From a virus (taxonomy: Duplodnaviria; Caudoviricetes), in the IMG/VR virus record IMGVR_UViG_3300030329_004008, positions 1 to 55,362 of that record: a stretch of 55,362 bases of DNA; one strand, written 5' to 3'. Under the pieces are notes generated by a model, which was not told the DNA's origin, ran no database searches, and saw nothing but the letters and a program-made list of their open reading frames with translations. The stretch's first letter is position 1, and each line of letters begins with the position of its first letter. Positions 9,076 to 18,031 of the stretch are shown piece by piece. Position numbers and translations under genes: made by a program.

Positions 9076-10701
9076 CTAGAATACTCCCTGATTATTATTA
9101 GGGGTATTACCGCCTGAATTGGAAGTGTTCATATCCGAGGTATCAAGATCTCCTGAAGTAGATGGTGGAGGATTCTCTGGCGGCTCTACAGTTACTCCTT
9201 GTTCTGGAATAGGCAAGTCTGCTCCTCCAGCAGTTGATGAAAATCCAGCTATTGACATATCGTTCATCTTTCCTGTCAAGGTTACTACCTTTGTTCCATC
9301 ATATAAATGCACCCCTAAATCGTTCATAAATACTATGCCATGAGCCGTAGGAAATGAATGAGACATTTTTCTTATTCCCATAAAGGGAAAAGTAGCATCA
9401 AGATAATCACCCATATCAGGAGAATAGTTTACAACAAATAAGCTCTTCCGCTTAAATACGAGCACCTTATCTGCAAATGTTTCTAGCTTAACAATCTCGT
9501 CACCGTCATTGGGAGTAACTGGAATGAAATTACTTTCTGGGAACTTATCAGGACAAATACCAAACGGTGGTGAAATAGAACTTTTTATCACTCTATCTGG
9601 ATACTTGATGCCATTTTGAAGAAAGTTCCCCGCATAAGTAACTCCATCTACAACTACAGCACTCTTATAGCTACAATCAATATTTTCATCGAATGCATGG
9701 CCGTTAATACTTCTATAGGTATTAGGTCCTAAGCGCTTTATATTAAAGGGAACAGTAAACATGACTTCATCCGCGCCACCGCCCCAATTTGCTTCATGTA
9801 TATCATTGAAGTTTTGTCTTGCACCTTTAATAAGATCTACATCTAACAATAGAGTCCAATCATCTGTTGTATCATCACGCTTAACGTATATTCTAGTTCC
9901 TACAATTCTGGAATTAAGAGTATGGAAATACAACTTAATGTGATCGCCACCTCCTCCAAAATATTGCCCTGCAGTAATAGTCACTGGAGAGCTGCTAAAC
10001 TCTTTTAATAAACTTTCTTGATGATCGTCATATACAAAAGAGTAAGCTATATTGTAATCTGCAGCTGCAATAGAGCCACCACTACCTCCTATATCTGTAC
10101 GAAAATTAACAGAACCATCAGTAAAGGTAGTGTCATTTGTGACAATGGCTCCTGCTGCAGGTGTGGCTAAATCAGCATCATGCCCACGCATATTGGCAGA
10201 GTAAGCATCTTCTCTAGCATTAGATGTATTTCCAAAGTGCGTTCTATTTATATATCCCCACCATCTGCGCTGATTAGCAGCTATTAACTGTCCATCACAT
10301 TGCCTTAAGACTCCATTATGAAAGAGGTAATTAGCCTCAACCCCGCTACTGGTACCCCACTCACTAGAACTTGTTATTTCTAAAGCAGTTGTAGTGTTAT
10401 CTTCATATACTTTGATGGAGTTGTTGTGATTTACAACGATATAGTTGCATGTATTATTAGCACCATTCTTATTTCTATCGGACCTGAATGTAAAAAATCC
10501 CTCACCAACCGCTGGACTTGCAGTTATTCCAGTATTGGCTATTCCTGTCCCCTGGAAGTTTCCTTGAACAGTCATTTTTCCTACTACAGAGAAGTCAACA
10601 TTCTGTGCTTCTTGACATTCAATATCGGAAATATCTGTAGCTTCTGCAGCATCATTTATACCACCATGGAATTGTCTGATATGTGCAACCTCTTTAGGCA
10701 T
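9076..10701 (-). CDS. Tail nozzle/stabilization protein, N-terminal part (beta-propeller-like)
   Basis: Starts IRQFHGGINDA...ECQEAQNVDF; has DGDEIVKLETFADKVLVFKRKSLFVV and GIVFMNDLGVHLYDG blade-like motifs. Confidence 0.7.
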   Translation of the reverse strand: MPKEVAHIRQFHGGINDAAEATDISDIECQEAQNVDFSVVGKMTVQGNFQGTGIANTGITASPAVGEGFFTFRSDRNKNGANNTCNYIVVNHNNSIKVYEDNTTTALEITSSSEWGTSSGVEANYLFHNGVLRQCDGQLIAANQRRWWGYINRTHFGNTSNAREDAYSANMRGHDADLATPAAGAIVTNDTTFTDGSVNFRTDIGGSGGSIAAADYNIAYSFVYDDHQESLLKEFSSSPVTITAGQYFGGGGDHIKLYFHTLNSRIVGTRIYVKRDDTTDDWTLLLDVDLIKGARQNFNDIHEANWGGGADEVMFTVPFNIKRLGPNTYRSINGHAFDENIDCSYKSAVVVDGVTYAGNFLQNGIKYPDRVIKSSISPPFGICPDKFPESNFIPVTPNDGDEIVKLETFADKVLVFKRKSLFVVNYSPDMGDYLDATFPFMGIRKMSHSFPTAHGIVFMNDLGVHLYDGTKVVTLTGKMNDMSIAGFSSTAGGADLPIPEQGVTVEPPENPPPSTSGDLDTSDMNTSNSGGNTPNNNQGVF

Positions 10702-10880
10702 TATTTTAACAACTGACTCTTCATTACATCTTCTATTGCACTATAGATTGAATCCAAAATCTTAGCTTCAGTCTTTTCATTGATAAATGGTATATCTACT
10801 TTATCATTTAAAGCATTAATAATCTTAGACTTAGTCTCATCATTAAATAAATGATTCATTAATATATCTTGCAATTGCAT
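10701..10880 (-). CDS. Small hypothetical protein, 59 aa (MQLQDILMNHLFNDETKSKIINALNDKVDIPFINEKTEAKIL...)
   Basis: Manually translated; AGGAG RBS; its stop overlaps the next ATG (TAATG). Confidence 0.75.
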   Translation of the reverse strand: MQLQDILMNHLFNDETKSKIINALNDKVDIPFINEKTEAKILDSIYSAIEDVMKSQLLK

Positions 10881-10889
10881 TCTATCTCC

Positions 10890-11099
10890 TTAATACATGT
10901 TCTTTTTATTGTGATTATCTCTTCGTCCGAAACGATTCTTATCCAAGCTCATGGGAGAGGATGGGTCTGGTATCTTTGGAGCATCATTCCCAAACTCATT
11001 CACTTCCATAATTGGCTGGTTTGTTTCCTTTGCATAATTGTAGGCTTTCTCTCGGCCAGTATCTGTATATGCAAACTTCTTGTTTCCTACTATAGGCAT
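10890..11099 (-). CDS. Hypothetical protein, 69 aa
   Basis: AGGAGG RBS; fits the operon packing. Confidence 0.7.
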   Translation of the reverse strand: MPIVGNKKFAYTDTGREKAYNYAKETNQPIMEVNEFGNDAPKIPDPSSPMSLDKNRFGRRDNHNKKNMY

Positions 11100-11109
11100 A
11101 ATAGCCTCC

Positions 11110-11187
11110 TTATTTTTTCTTTTTAGATTTTTTCTTCTTCTTAGGTCTTCCTACTTGTTTACCGTATGTTCCTTTACCCTTTGGCAT
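11110..11187 (-). CDS. Lys-rich microprotein, 25 aa (MPKGKGTYGKQVGRPKKKKKSKKKK), putative DNA-binding
   Basis: Manually translated; AAGGAG RBS; exactly fills the gap; AT-hook-like GRP. Confidence 0.7.
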   Translation of the reverse strand: MPKGKGTYGKQVGRPKKKKKSKKKK

Positions 11188-11188
11188 T

Positions 11189-11440
11189 TTATTTCTCCTT
11201 CTTAAATAACTTAAGTATTATATCTTTAATAACAGCCACTGCTGTCATTGTTTTCTTGACTTCATCTTTTGCTTCTCTATTGCTATCAATTAATTTCACG
11301 GTAATGTCATGCAATTCCTTGATATCCTCTTGCACATCTCGTGTCAAAAACCTGATCAAATACATTAATGCATATCCCAACCCGACTGATACTGCAACAG
11401 GAACTCCCAGTGTCTCTATTACATCTAGTATCATTTCCAT
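11189..11440 (-). CDS. Putative holin-like membrane protein
   Basis: Single N-terminal TM segment (LGVPVAVSVGLGYALMYLI) plus coiled-coil; within the lysis cluster. Confidence 0.55.
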   Translation of the reverse strand: MEMILDVIETLGVPVAVSVGLGYALMYLIRFLTRDVQEDIKELHDITVKLIDSNREAKDEVKKTMTAVAVIKDIILKLFKKEK

Positions 11441-11448
11441 ACTGCATT

Positions 11449-11694
11449 TTACCTTTTCCTTGGTTTTCTTTTAGTCGTTTTAGCCTTTTGTAATACAACT
11501 ACATCAGACTGTGTTTCTAGCAATAACTCCTGCAAAGCATCCAATCTTGCCTGAAGTTTAGACATTTCAATATTGATCCTGTATACTTCTCGATCAAGAT
11601 CGTTTTCCTCATGTACATACTGTTCTAGAGGCTTTATTAGCTTTACTACCTCTTTTAGTATCTTTGGTAATAAAAGTCTTACTACTGTTCCCAT
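11449..11694 (-). CDS. Hypothetical coiled-coil protein with basic tail
   Basis: ORF packing; heptad pattern. Confidence 0.6.
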   Translation of the reverse strand: MGTVVRLLLPKILKEVVKLIKPLEQYVHEENDLDREVYRINIEMSKLQARLDALQELLLETQSDVVVLQKAKTTKRKPRKR

Positions 11695-12487
11695 CTATTA
11701 GTGTCCCCCATATAGAAGTTTTTCCGTCTATTATTTGGACTACATCTACTGTAAAGTCTCCTTCTTCTCCGTAGAAATCTACAATAGCAAATGCATGTCC
11801 CCAATTAGTTATCCTGTTCTTTAGCCAAGCGTTGCTTTCGGCTCTCATATCTTTTAAGCATCCTATTGACCATGCAGCTTTAGGACCATCCATGTGAGTG
11901 GCAGTCATTTGCTGAAGATCATGATGATGGCCATACATAATATTACAACCAAGCTTTCGTAAATGATTTGCAGTATGATACTGTCCTGCATATTGATGCC
12001 CATGATATAGATACAACTTCCCAAGCTTAAGATGAGTACCCATAGCATGGTATTTGTAATTCCTTGACCTGAGGTTAACAACATTTTTAAATGCAAACTT
12101 AGCATACGGATACCGCTTAGTGAATTCATTAACCCAATTATCATGGTTTCCTTCACACATATGCTTTTCTTTGCAATCAATCTTATCCAGAGCTTCATCA
12201 ATAATATCCATCCCCAAATTAACATCAATTATATCATCATTACAGTCATTAAGCATGTATTCTAATGGCGGCTTCTCTCTTCCCTTATATTTAAATCTGG
12301 AAAAATGACTCCATTCTCCTACATCTCCTAAATCTACATATATATCTGGCTTCACCATTTCTATAGCCTGAGTAAGTACATTTATTGCAGCTTTATCGTG
12401 CAATGGAAAGTGCTTATCTGGCGTAATGATTGCCGTTCTAACTAAATTCTTTTTATGTCTGCCCATAATATTCTCCTTAAAACCCAA
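11609..12487 (-). CDS. Calcineurin-like metallophosphoesterase
   Basis: Motifs PDKH, DLGD, GNHD, HGH, GHHH. The true start may be the MGRHKK Met after AGGAG. Confidence 0.88.
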   Translation of the reverse strand: MGFKENIMGRHKKNLVRTAIITPDKHFPLHDKAAINVLTQAIEMVKPDIYVDLGDVGEWSHFSRFKYKGREKPPLEYMLNDCNDDIIDVNLGMDIIDEALDKIDCKEKHMCEGNHDNWVNEFTKRYPYAKFAFKNVVNLRSRNYKYHAMGTHLKLGKLYLYHGHQYAGQYHTANHLRKLGCNIMYGHHHDLQQMTATHMDGPKAAWSIGCLKDMRAESNAWLKNRITNWGHAFAIVDFYGEEGDFTVDVVQIIDGKTSIWGTLIDGNSSKTFITKDTKRGSKANKASRTVCT

Positions 12488-12941
12488 CTATCTTATAATC
12501 TTTATTAGCATCAACAAAGTGCTTAATTGTGCCTTTTCCAAGCTCTGTATTATACACCCTTTTCCAGTATTTTGCCTGGTCCTCTAAATTATTATGACTG
12601 GGTAATGCAAATTTATCCCTTCTGTATTTTAAGCGACAAAATGCCACCTGTAAGGCGATATTACTCATTACCCTATATGCAACATCACTTTCAGCATATC
12701 CGAGCTCTATGAGGCTATTTTCGATCTCAGGGCGATATTTAACATAATTATCCATTGTATCTGCTATAGTTTTAGGCTCTACTTGGAAAAAGCCTAATGC
12801 AGGGCCATTCCCCATCTGTTTGATATGTCTGAATCCTGTTTCAGCCATTCCAGTACGCATAATCATATGCAATGCATCTTTGCTATACATTCCCATAGTC
12901 TGCAATGCCCAGTATGTTATATTCTCTATATCTTTAATCAT
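12477..12941 (-). CDS. Putative endolysin (lysozyme-like fold)
   Basis: TGMAETG...GPALGFFQVEP.T...YWKRVYNT resembles phage lysozyme/transglycosylase-like proteins; adjacent to holin candidates. Confidence 0.7.
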   Translation of the reverse strand: MIKDIENITYWALQTMGMYSKDALHMIMRTGMAETGFRHIKQMGNGPALGFFQVEPKTIADTMDNYVKYRPEIENSLIELGYAESDVAYRVMSNIALQVAFCRLKYRRDKFALPSHNNLEDQAKYWKRVYNTELGKGTIKHFVDANKDYKIVGF

Positions 12942-13093
12942 TTAAGCTCCTTACGTATTTTAACTACAAGGTAGAACAAAGTTGCTATACCTACTAACAA
13001 GCTTACTACATCTGGCAATACATTCCAAAGCGAAAGCCAAAATCCTCCAATGCCTATTCCGCTTGTTTTGAGTGTGTCTATTGCATCTATCAT
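12938..13093 (-). CDS. Putative holin, 51 aa (MIDAIDTLKTSGIGIGGFWLSLWNVLPDVVSLLVGIATLFYLVVKIRKELK)
   Basis: Manually translated; hydrophobic segments and basic tail; ATGA overlap with the endolysin start. Confidence 0.65.
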   Translation of the reverse strand: MIDAIDTLKTSGIGIGGFWLSLWNVLPDVVSLLVGIATLFYLVVKIRKELK

Positions 13094-13110
13094 TAAAAGT
13101 TACTCCAAAA

Positions 13111-14538
13111 TTACGTTGTGGTATCAAATTTCAAAACTATTACCATATGGGTATCATAAGGAATGTTGGTAGGATCGAATGACCACATCATAATATCACC
13201 TTTATCAAAATCATTCGTCCCTCCTGTAAAGTCAAATTCATAAGAAGTATCGTCTACGGACATATCTACAGTTACAGATTGAGTAGCTCCACCTAAAATT
13301 GAAGGAAGTTCAGAACCAGTAGGCGTATCATCTCTATACCAATTAATGACGCTACTATCACAAGCTGCTTCAGACCTTACAATAGCCTTTACCAGCACTC
13401 CGTCATAAGGAGCTACAAAAACTAAATTTTCACTACCGCCTGAACTTGAAGTAGTATCTCTTTGATTTTCTGCCCCTGCTATAAATAAAAAACTATTACT
13501 TGCTGTACTTATATATGCACCAAATCTTATAAAGTGAAACTGTGCTGCTAATATTGCATCATCTACATAAGTTTTTGTAGTAGCATCTGAACCAGCAGAT
13601 GGAGTATATGTACTTGCATTATCATGCAATGTAATATTCCCACCATTAGCATCTAATATAATATCTCCTTCAGCGTCCAAAACAATCCTATCACCTGAAG
13701 TAAGAGTCAAATGTGTACCATTGCTATATATAGATTCTCCACCAGTATCATAGAAGTATAATTTATTGTCTCCGCTGATCTTAACATCTCCAGCAACCTC
13801 TAATAATTCATCTGGATCACTCACTCCAATACCTACATTCCCTCCTGATGTTATAAGAGCATAATTAGTATCTGCGCCACTAACATTAATATCAATACCA
13901 ATATTTGATTGAGTTCCATCTGTAGCAGCTACCATATCTAGATCAATACCAGTCTGATTTACAGTCCCAACATGAGTTATGCTTTCACAATTCATGTCCA
14001 AATCTAAGCCAATGGAAGTTAATGTCTGCCCTGAAGCTATTATACCAGTTTGATCAAAATCTATCTGTAACCCAGTATCAGTACCAGTTGCTGTAAATAT
14101 GCCGTCTTTATCTAAAACCACAGTCCCAGTTCCATTTGGCTTTAAAGTTAAATCATAGTTAAGCGTTCCTATTAATTTCAAATTATTTGCAGTAGCTGTA
14201 TCAAAATACGCAAATTGCGTTCCACCCTTTTTTATACGTGTTTGTCCGCCACCAGCATCAAGTATAAGGTCTGCACTAAGAGCATTAATCTCAAGTACGT
14301 TGCCTGTCGAAGACTTAATCTCATAGTGACTATCTAGCTGAATATTTCCTCTTGGATTGCCAGAGCCTTTAAAATATATAGTATCGCCATCAGCATCGAA
14401 TGACAAGTCTCCACTAGTTAATATAGTATCTAAAGAAGATATTGTTAAATCGCCACTAGAATAAGTAACATCAGATAAATCATCTAATGCAGATGCACCG
14501 CCACTACTTGAGGAAGGATTATGAATCTTTATGCTCAT
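13111..14538 (-). CDS. Tail fibre-like / virion appendage protein, 475 aa
   Basis: ALDDLSDV, GNVGIG and DATTKTYVD fibre motifs; Gly/Thr/Asp-rich. Confidence 0.7.
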   Translation of the reverse strand: MSIKIHNPSSSSGGASALDDLSDVTYSSGDLTISSLDTILTSGDLSFDADGDTIYFKGSGNPRGNIQLDSHYEIKSSTGNVLEINALSADLILDAGGGQTRIKKGGTQFAYFDTATANNLKLIGTLNYDLTLKPNGTGTVVLDKDGIFTATGTDTGLQIDFDQTGIIASGQTLTSIGLDLDMNCESITHVGTVNQTGIDLDMVAATDGTQSNIGIDINVSGADTNYALITSGGNVGIGVSDPDELLEVAGDVKISGDNKLYFYDTGGESIYSNGTHLTLTSGDRIVLDAEGDIILDANGGNITLHDNASTYTPSAGSDATTKTYVDDAILAAQFHFIRFGAYISTASNSFLFIAGAENQRDTTSSSGGSENLVFVAPYDGVLVKAIVRSEAACDSSVINWYRDDTPTGSELPSILGGATQSVTVDMSVDDTSYEFDFTGGTNDFDKGDIMMWSFDPTNIPYDTHMVIVLKFDTTT

Positions 14539-14912
14539 GGAGACAGCTCCGTTACAGTTACATTTTTAGAACCGCTTGCACAAATCCCATTAACTGACCC
14601 AGTCCAACTATCAGTTGAAAAAGAGCCCCCATTTGCATTTAACCTAATCCCTTCATTAACAACTGCTGTGCTACCAATTCCAAGATATATAGTCTCATCG
14701 CTGTCATTTACAATTACTAATTCCTCCCTAGTAGAAAGTGCATCAACTATCGGAGTATTAGTACTCCCAATTGAAACTTTATCACTTGTAGTGCTAGTTG
14801 ATAGCTTTTTAGTTGTTGTATTAACATTAAGCTTTCCAGCTCCATCATCTACTGCATCCCCATCAGAATCTATTAGGGTTCTAGCTATTCCTGATCCAAC
14901 AACATTACTCAC
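14535..14912 (-). CDS. Small beta-rich virion protein
   Basis: REELVIVNDSDETIYLG...GIRLNANGGSF pattern; lies in the structural cluster. Confidence 0.6.
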   Translation of the reverse strand: MSNVVGSGIARTLIDSDGDAVDDGAGKLNVNTTTKKLSTSTTSDKVSIGSTNTPIVDALSTREELVIVNDSDETIYLGIGSTAVVNEGIRLNANGGSFSTDSWTGSVNGICASGSKNVTVTELSP

Positions 14913-15864
14913 CTAGTATCTCCCTTAGTCCTGCCTTATCTATATTTTCTATCTTTCCTTTTAGATGAAGCCTAGCAACTTTATCTAGTTCATTTAATTT
15001 CCAATTATTGTATTGCTCCTTGATCTTAGCTATAGATTCTTTTTGCCTCTTAACAATTCCGTCTGAATCTTGCTGTGCCTTTTCCAAACGTCTTTCAGCT
15101 GATAGTATCTGACTCTGAATAGAGATGTAATCAGCTTGAGCTTTCTTTGCCAGGGCTTCATAGACCTCGGACTCATCCTTTTTCTCAGTCATTGTATTAT
15201 CTAATAATTTCATATGCTGATTGTGGGCACTTTCCTTTGCTATTCTCTCAGCGTCTTGTGCAGCTATAGATTTAGATATTTCCTCTTGCTTGATCTCTAT
15301 ATCTTTCTTAAATGCTTTAAATTCAGCTTCCAATGAGTCTCTAGCGCTTTTAGTAGCTACAGCATCAGTTCTAGCAGATTCAATCTCACCTTGCAATACC
15401 TTAATATCATGTTTGATATTTGCATATTCATCTTTAGCTGCCTTAATAGAGCCCTTAAGGTCAGTGTACCCTAAACGCTCTTTATTCAATGCATCTAAGG
15501 ATTTCTTCATCTTTGATTCGTTCTTTATTAGCTTCTCTATATTCATTTCAACACATCGTTCCTCATCAAGACTACGAGATAATCTTTCCTGAGATACTTC
15601 CAAATCTCTACGATTCTTATTCGCAATTTTTATGTTGCTATTTATTTCAGACTTTATACTGTCAAGATTAGAATGCTTACTATCTGATTCTTTTTGCACT
15701 ACCTTTATATCAGATTTAATAGATTTTAATTCAGCCTTTGCATCAGCCACCTGAGATTCTAACTTTTTCTTTTGAAGTTTTAATCTGTCATTAGCAGCTA
15801 TAATGGCTTGCTTAAGATCTTCTTTCTTGACTGGTATTTCAGGCCTTCTTTTATTTCCAAACAT
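14905..15864 (-). CDS. Long coiled-coil protein, 319 aa
   Basis: K/E-rich heptads throughout; AGGAG RBS. Confidence 0.75.
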   Translation of the reverse strand: MFGNKRRPEIPVKKEDLKQAIIAANDRLKLQKKKLESQVADAKAELKSIKSDIKVVQKESDSKHSNLDSIKSEINSNIKIANKNRRDLEVSQERLSRSLDEERCVEMNIEKLIKNESKMKKSLDALNKERLGYTDLKGSIKAAKDEYANIKHDIKVLQGEIESARTDAVATKSARDSLEAEFKAFKKDIEIKQEEISKSIAAQDAERIAKESAHNQHMKLLDNTMTEKKDESEVYEALAKKAQADYISIQSQILSAERRLEKAQQDSDGIVKRQKESIAKIKEQYNNWKLNELDKVARLHLKGKIENIDKAGLREILGE

Positions 15865-15872
15865 AATCTCTC

Positions 15873-16505
15873 CTAGTGAAATGATAACACAGCTATATCA
15901 TCGTTAGCATTGTTTTCAGCTCCAGTATTCCACATATTAAGCCTAGTAATGTTTGTACCAGATATAGTAAATGGTAATTGATCTACACCAATTTTTATTA
16001 TTGGATTCTTAGAATGAGTCGCTGTATGATTGCTAAGATCACCTATTATCCATACCTTGGTGCCATCTGCGTGACTTGCTGCTACAGAAGAACCATACCC
16101 CCTGCCACCTGAGACAACAAGATTATAGGGTGAAACACGACTCAGAACTTTCATTATTTCAGCATTAACTAGAATTCCAACAGCAGGATCCCCAGAATCA
16201 ATAATTGTGGTAGCGTCATCCACTGTCAGAGATATTCCATCATCTGCAAAAGAACCATCTAGCACAGAACCTGAATCAGTAATGGTATCATTTAGATACA
16301 GATACAAATTATCATTACTAGCAACGGTTTGCCCTGGAATTGGATATATAATGACCTTTTTAGCTGGATTGCTAGGAAGAATATAGCTAGATGTTTTATA
16401 TCCTGCTAATGCAGTCCCCAAATCTAGCTCTTCATAATTCCAGTCACTGAATGCATCATAATTAAGTCCCTCCTGTATAAGAAAGGATGTTAATCCCTTG
16501 CCCAT
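15873..16505 (-). CDS. Virion protein, paralog of 16514..16879 with an internal insertion
   Basis: Shares DAFSDWNYEE, NPAKKV, LPFT and VLSFH-stop with the upstream gene. Confidence 0.75.
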   Translation of the reverse strand: MGKGLTSFLIQEGLNYDAFSDWNYEELDLGTALAGYKTSSYILPSNPAKKVIIYPIPGQTVASNDNLYLYLNDTITDSGSVLDGSFADDGISLTVDDATTIIDSGDPAVGILVNAEIMKVLSRVSPYNLVVSGGRGYGSSVAASHADGTKVWIIGDLSNHTATHSKNPIIKIGVDQLPFTISGTNITRLNMWNTGAENNANDDIAVLSFH

Positions 16506-16513
16506 ATCGCTCC

Positions 16514-16879
16514 TTAATGAAATGAAAGCACTGACAATGATTCCGATCCACCGCCACCAGCATTCGTTAATGTTAATGAAGTTATAGCTAGTCCAGTTAA
16601 AGTAAATGGTAAATCTCCAGTATCAATCTTGATTAGCTTATTTGTATCAGTCTGACCATTTATAGTAAGCGTTACTACGTCAGTCTCGCTAGTGATAGAC
16701 ACTCCATTAATATCTGGATCATTATATATAACTACTTTCTTTGCTGGGTTAGTATTGGTTATGTATTGCGCTGAATGTGCATTCGTATCACTTTGATCTA
16801 CTTCTTCATAATTCCAATCACTAAAAGCGTCAAAATTAACTGCTTGCTGTACCGTAAATTCTGTTAAGCCTCTTGCCAT
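16514..16879 (-). CDS. Small virion protein, paralog of 15873..16505
   Basis: Shared motifs as above; AGGAGGT RBS. Confidence 0.75.
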   Translation of the reverse strand: MARGLTEFTVQQAVNFDAFSDWNYEEVDQSDTNAHSAQYITNTNPAKKVVIYNDPDINGVSITSETDVVTLTINGQTDTNKLIKIDTGDLPFTLTGLAITSLTLTNAGGGGSESLSVLSFH

Positions 16880-16883
16880 TATT

Positions 16884-16922
16884 ACCTCCTACCCTAAGCA
16901 CTGGCGCGTGCATGAATGGGTA
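16884..16922 (-). promoter_or_regulatory. Intergenic stem-loop abutting the SD of 16879
   Basis: Minus strand TACCC-attcat-GCAC-gcgcca-GTGC-tta-GGGTA-GGAGGT. Confidence 0.45.
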
Positions 16923-16931
16923 TGTTTATTG

Positions 16932-17546
16932 TTATTTGATTGCATTGGGCGCAGGATGAACCTGCCTTAAGCCCCAAACTTTTGAACTCTCCTGCTTCTC
17001 TACCATCTTCCTGTATTCTGCCATAAAGTATTCTTTACCTTCAATATCCATTCTATCTTCAGCTACCTTAGCTTTTACATAATATACTAGCGCTTTAGCG
17101 AGATATTCTGGTAAGTCTATTTCATCGTCTTCATCATCCAATGTATCAATATCTTGCAAAACATTAAACGACTCTGTAACTGATCCACCATTGTATTTAG
17201 TTTTTAAAATTAATGTAGTGGCCCCAGATACTGTAGCATTAACATAATGCAATCCATTCCATTTCTCAGAGCCATTAATAACTATAGGGTCTCCCGCTGT
17301 AAAGCTACAAGACGCTATGGTTAATGATAATAATCCTGAAGATTCAGTATATGCAGTAACAGCTAAAGTATCATCAGCATCATTAATTCTATATCTTGGG
17401 CTATATGCATATTCTACTTCTAGACCATCGGTTACGGATTCAATTGGACTTTTCCATTTACCATTATCATCAAGATCCTCTTCAATGAGCGCAATTTGAC
17501 TTCCTCTTAGATAATATCCATAGAATTTATTAGACGCCATCTGCAT
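16932..17546 (-). CDS. Putative head-tail adaptor, C-terminal part
   Basis: LEVEYAYSP...DEIDLPEYLAKALVYYVKAKVAED resembles adaptor C-termini; likely start at MASNK (17540). Confidence 0.6.
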   Translation of the reverse strand: MQMASNKFYGYYLRGSQIALIEEDLDDNGKWKSPIESVTDGLEVEYAYSPRYRINDADDTLAVTAYTESSGLLSLTIASCSFTAGDPIVINGSEKWNGLHYVNATVSGATTLILKTKYNGGSVTESFNVLQDIDTLDDEDDEIDLPEYLAKALVYYVKAKVAEDRMDIEGKEYFMAEYRKMVEKQESSKVWGLRQVHPAPNAIK

Positions 17547-17811
17547 CCTCCATGTTTGGTGTATTTATAGCCCTGGGAATACTACGATATTCATCTTTTA
17601 TATTACCATGATTCTTACATCTAATATCGACAACTTTTAATGTGTCATGTGGCATATCGTAAAATCTCTGATCTTTCACTATATCTATTCTCTGAGTAGT
17701 GACATGGGTTTCAGATGTGATATTCATTTCATCTAATCCGTCCTTGATATAAGCAATAGCACGACCTGTTTGCTTAATGCCTACTCTCTCCATAAGCTCT
17801 TTAACTTTCAC
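17530..17811 (-). CDS. Putative head-tail adaptor, N-terminal part
   Basis: MKVKELMERV...YIKDGLDEM...DQRFYDMPHDTLKV resembles adaptor N-termini. Confidence 0.55.
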   Translation of the reverse strand: MKVKELMERVGIKQTGRAIAYIKDGLDEMNITSETHVTTQRIDIVKDQRFYDMPHDTLKVVDIRCKNHGNIKDEYRSIPRAINTPNMEDADGV

Positions 17812-18016
17812 TATTCTCCTCTTCAGGATGTAACTGAAGCAAGACCTCTAATGCACCTTGAGCCTTAACGGCCATTGTCTTGTGATGGTCTGCTTGCTTT
17901 ATATGATCTTGAAGTTGAACCCTTAAAGTCTCAATAGCTTCCTTAGGATCTAACTTATCATCCTTAACTTCAGTTACTTCTGCATCCTTTACATTATTTT
18001 CTTTTACTTTACTCAT
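17801..18016 (-). CDS. Small coiled-coil protein downstream of the fibre (possible assembly chaperone)
   Basis: CAGGAG RBS; ...KAQGALEVLLQL. Confidence 0.6.
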   Translation of the reverse strand: MSKVKENNVKDAEVTEVKDDKLDPKEAIETLRVQLQDHIKQADHHKTMAVKAQGALEVLLQLHPEEENSES

Positions 18017-18031
18017 TATATCTCCTGTTTG

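Noticed and set aside
9074-9078. Stop-codon reassignment or TAG readthrough joining the nozzle halves
   Set aside because: The downstream ORF is in a different frame, and genes are intact under the standard code with TAG and TGA at clear gene ends.
14905-15864. SMC ATPase or tape measure protein
   Set aside because: Coiled coil only, with no Walker motifs; no tube or sheath genes, and the genome looks podoviral.
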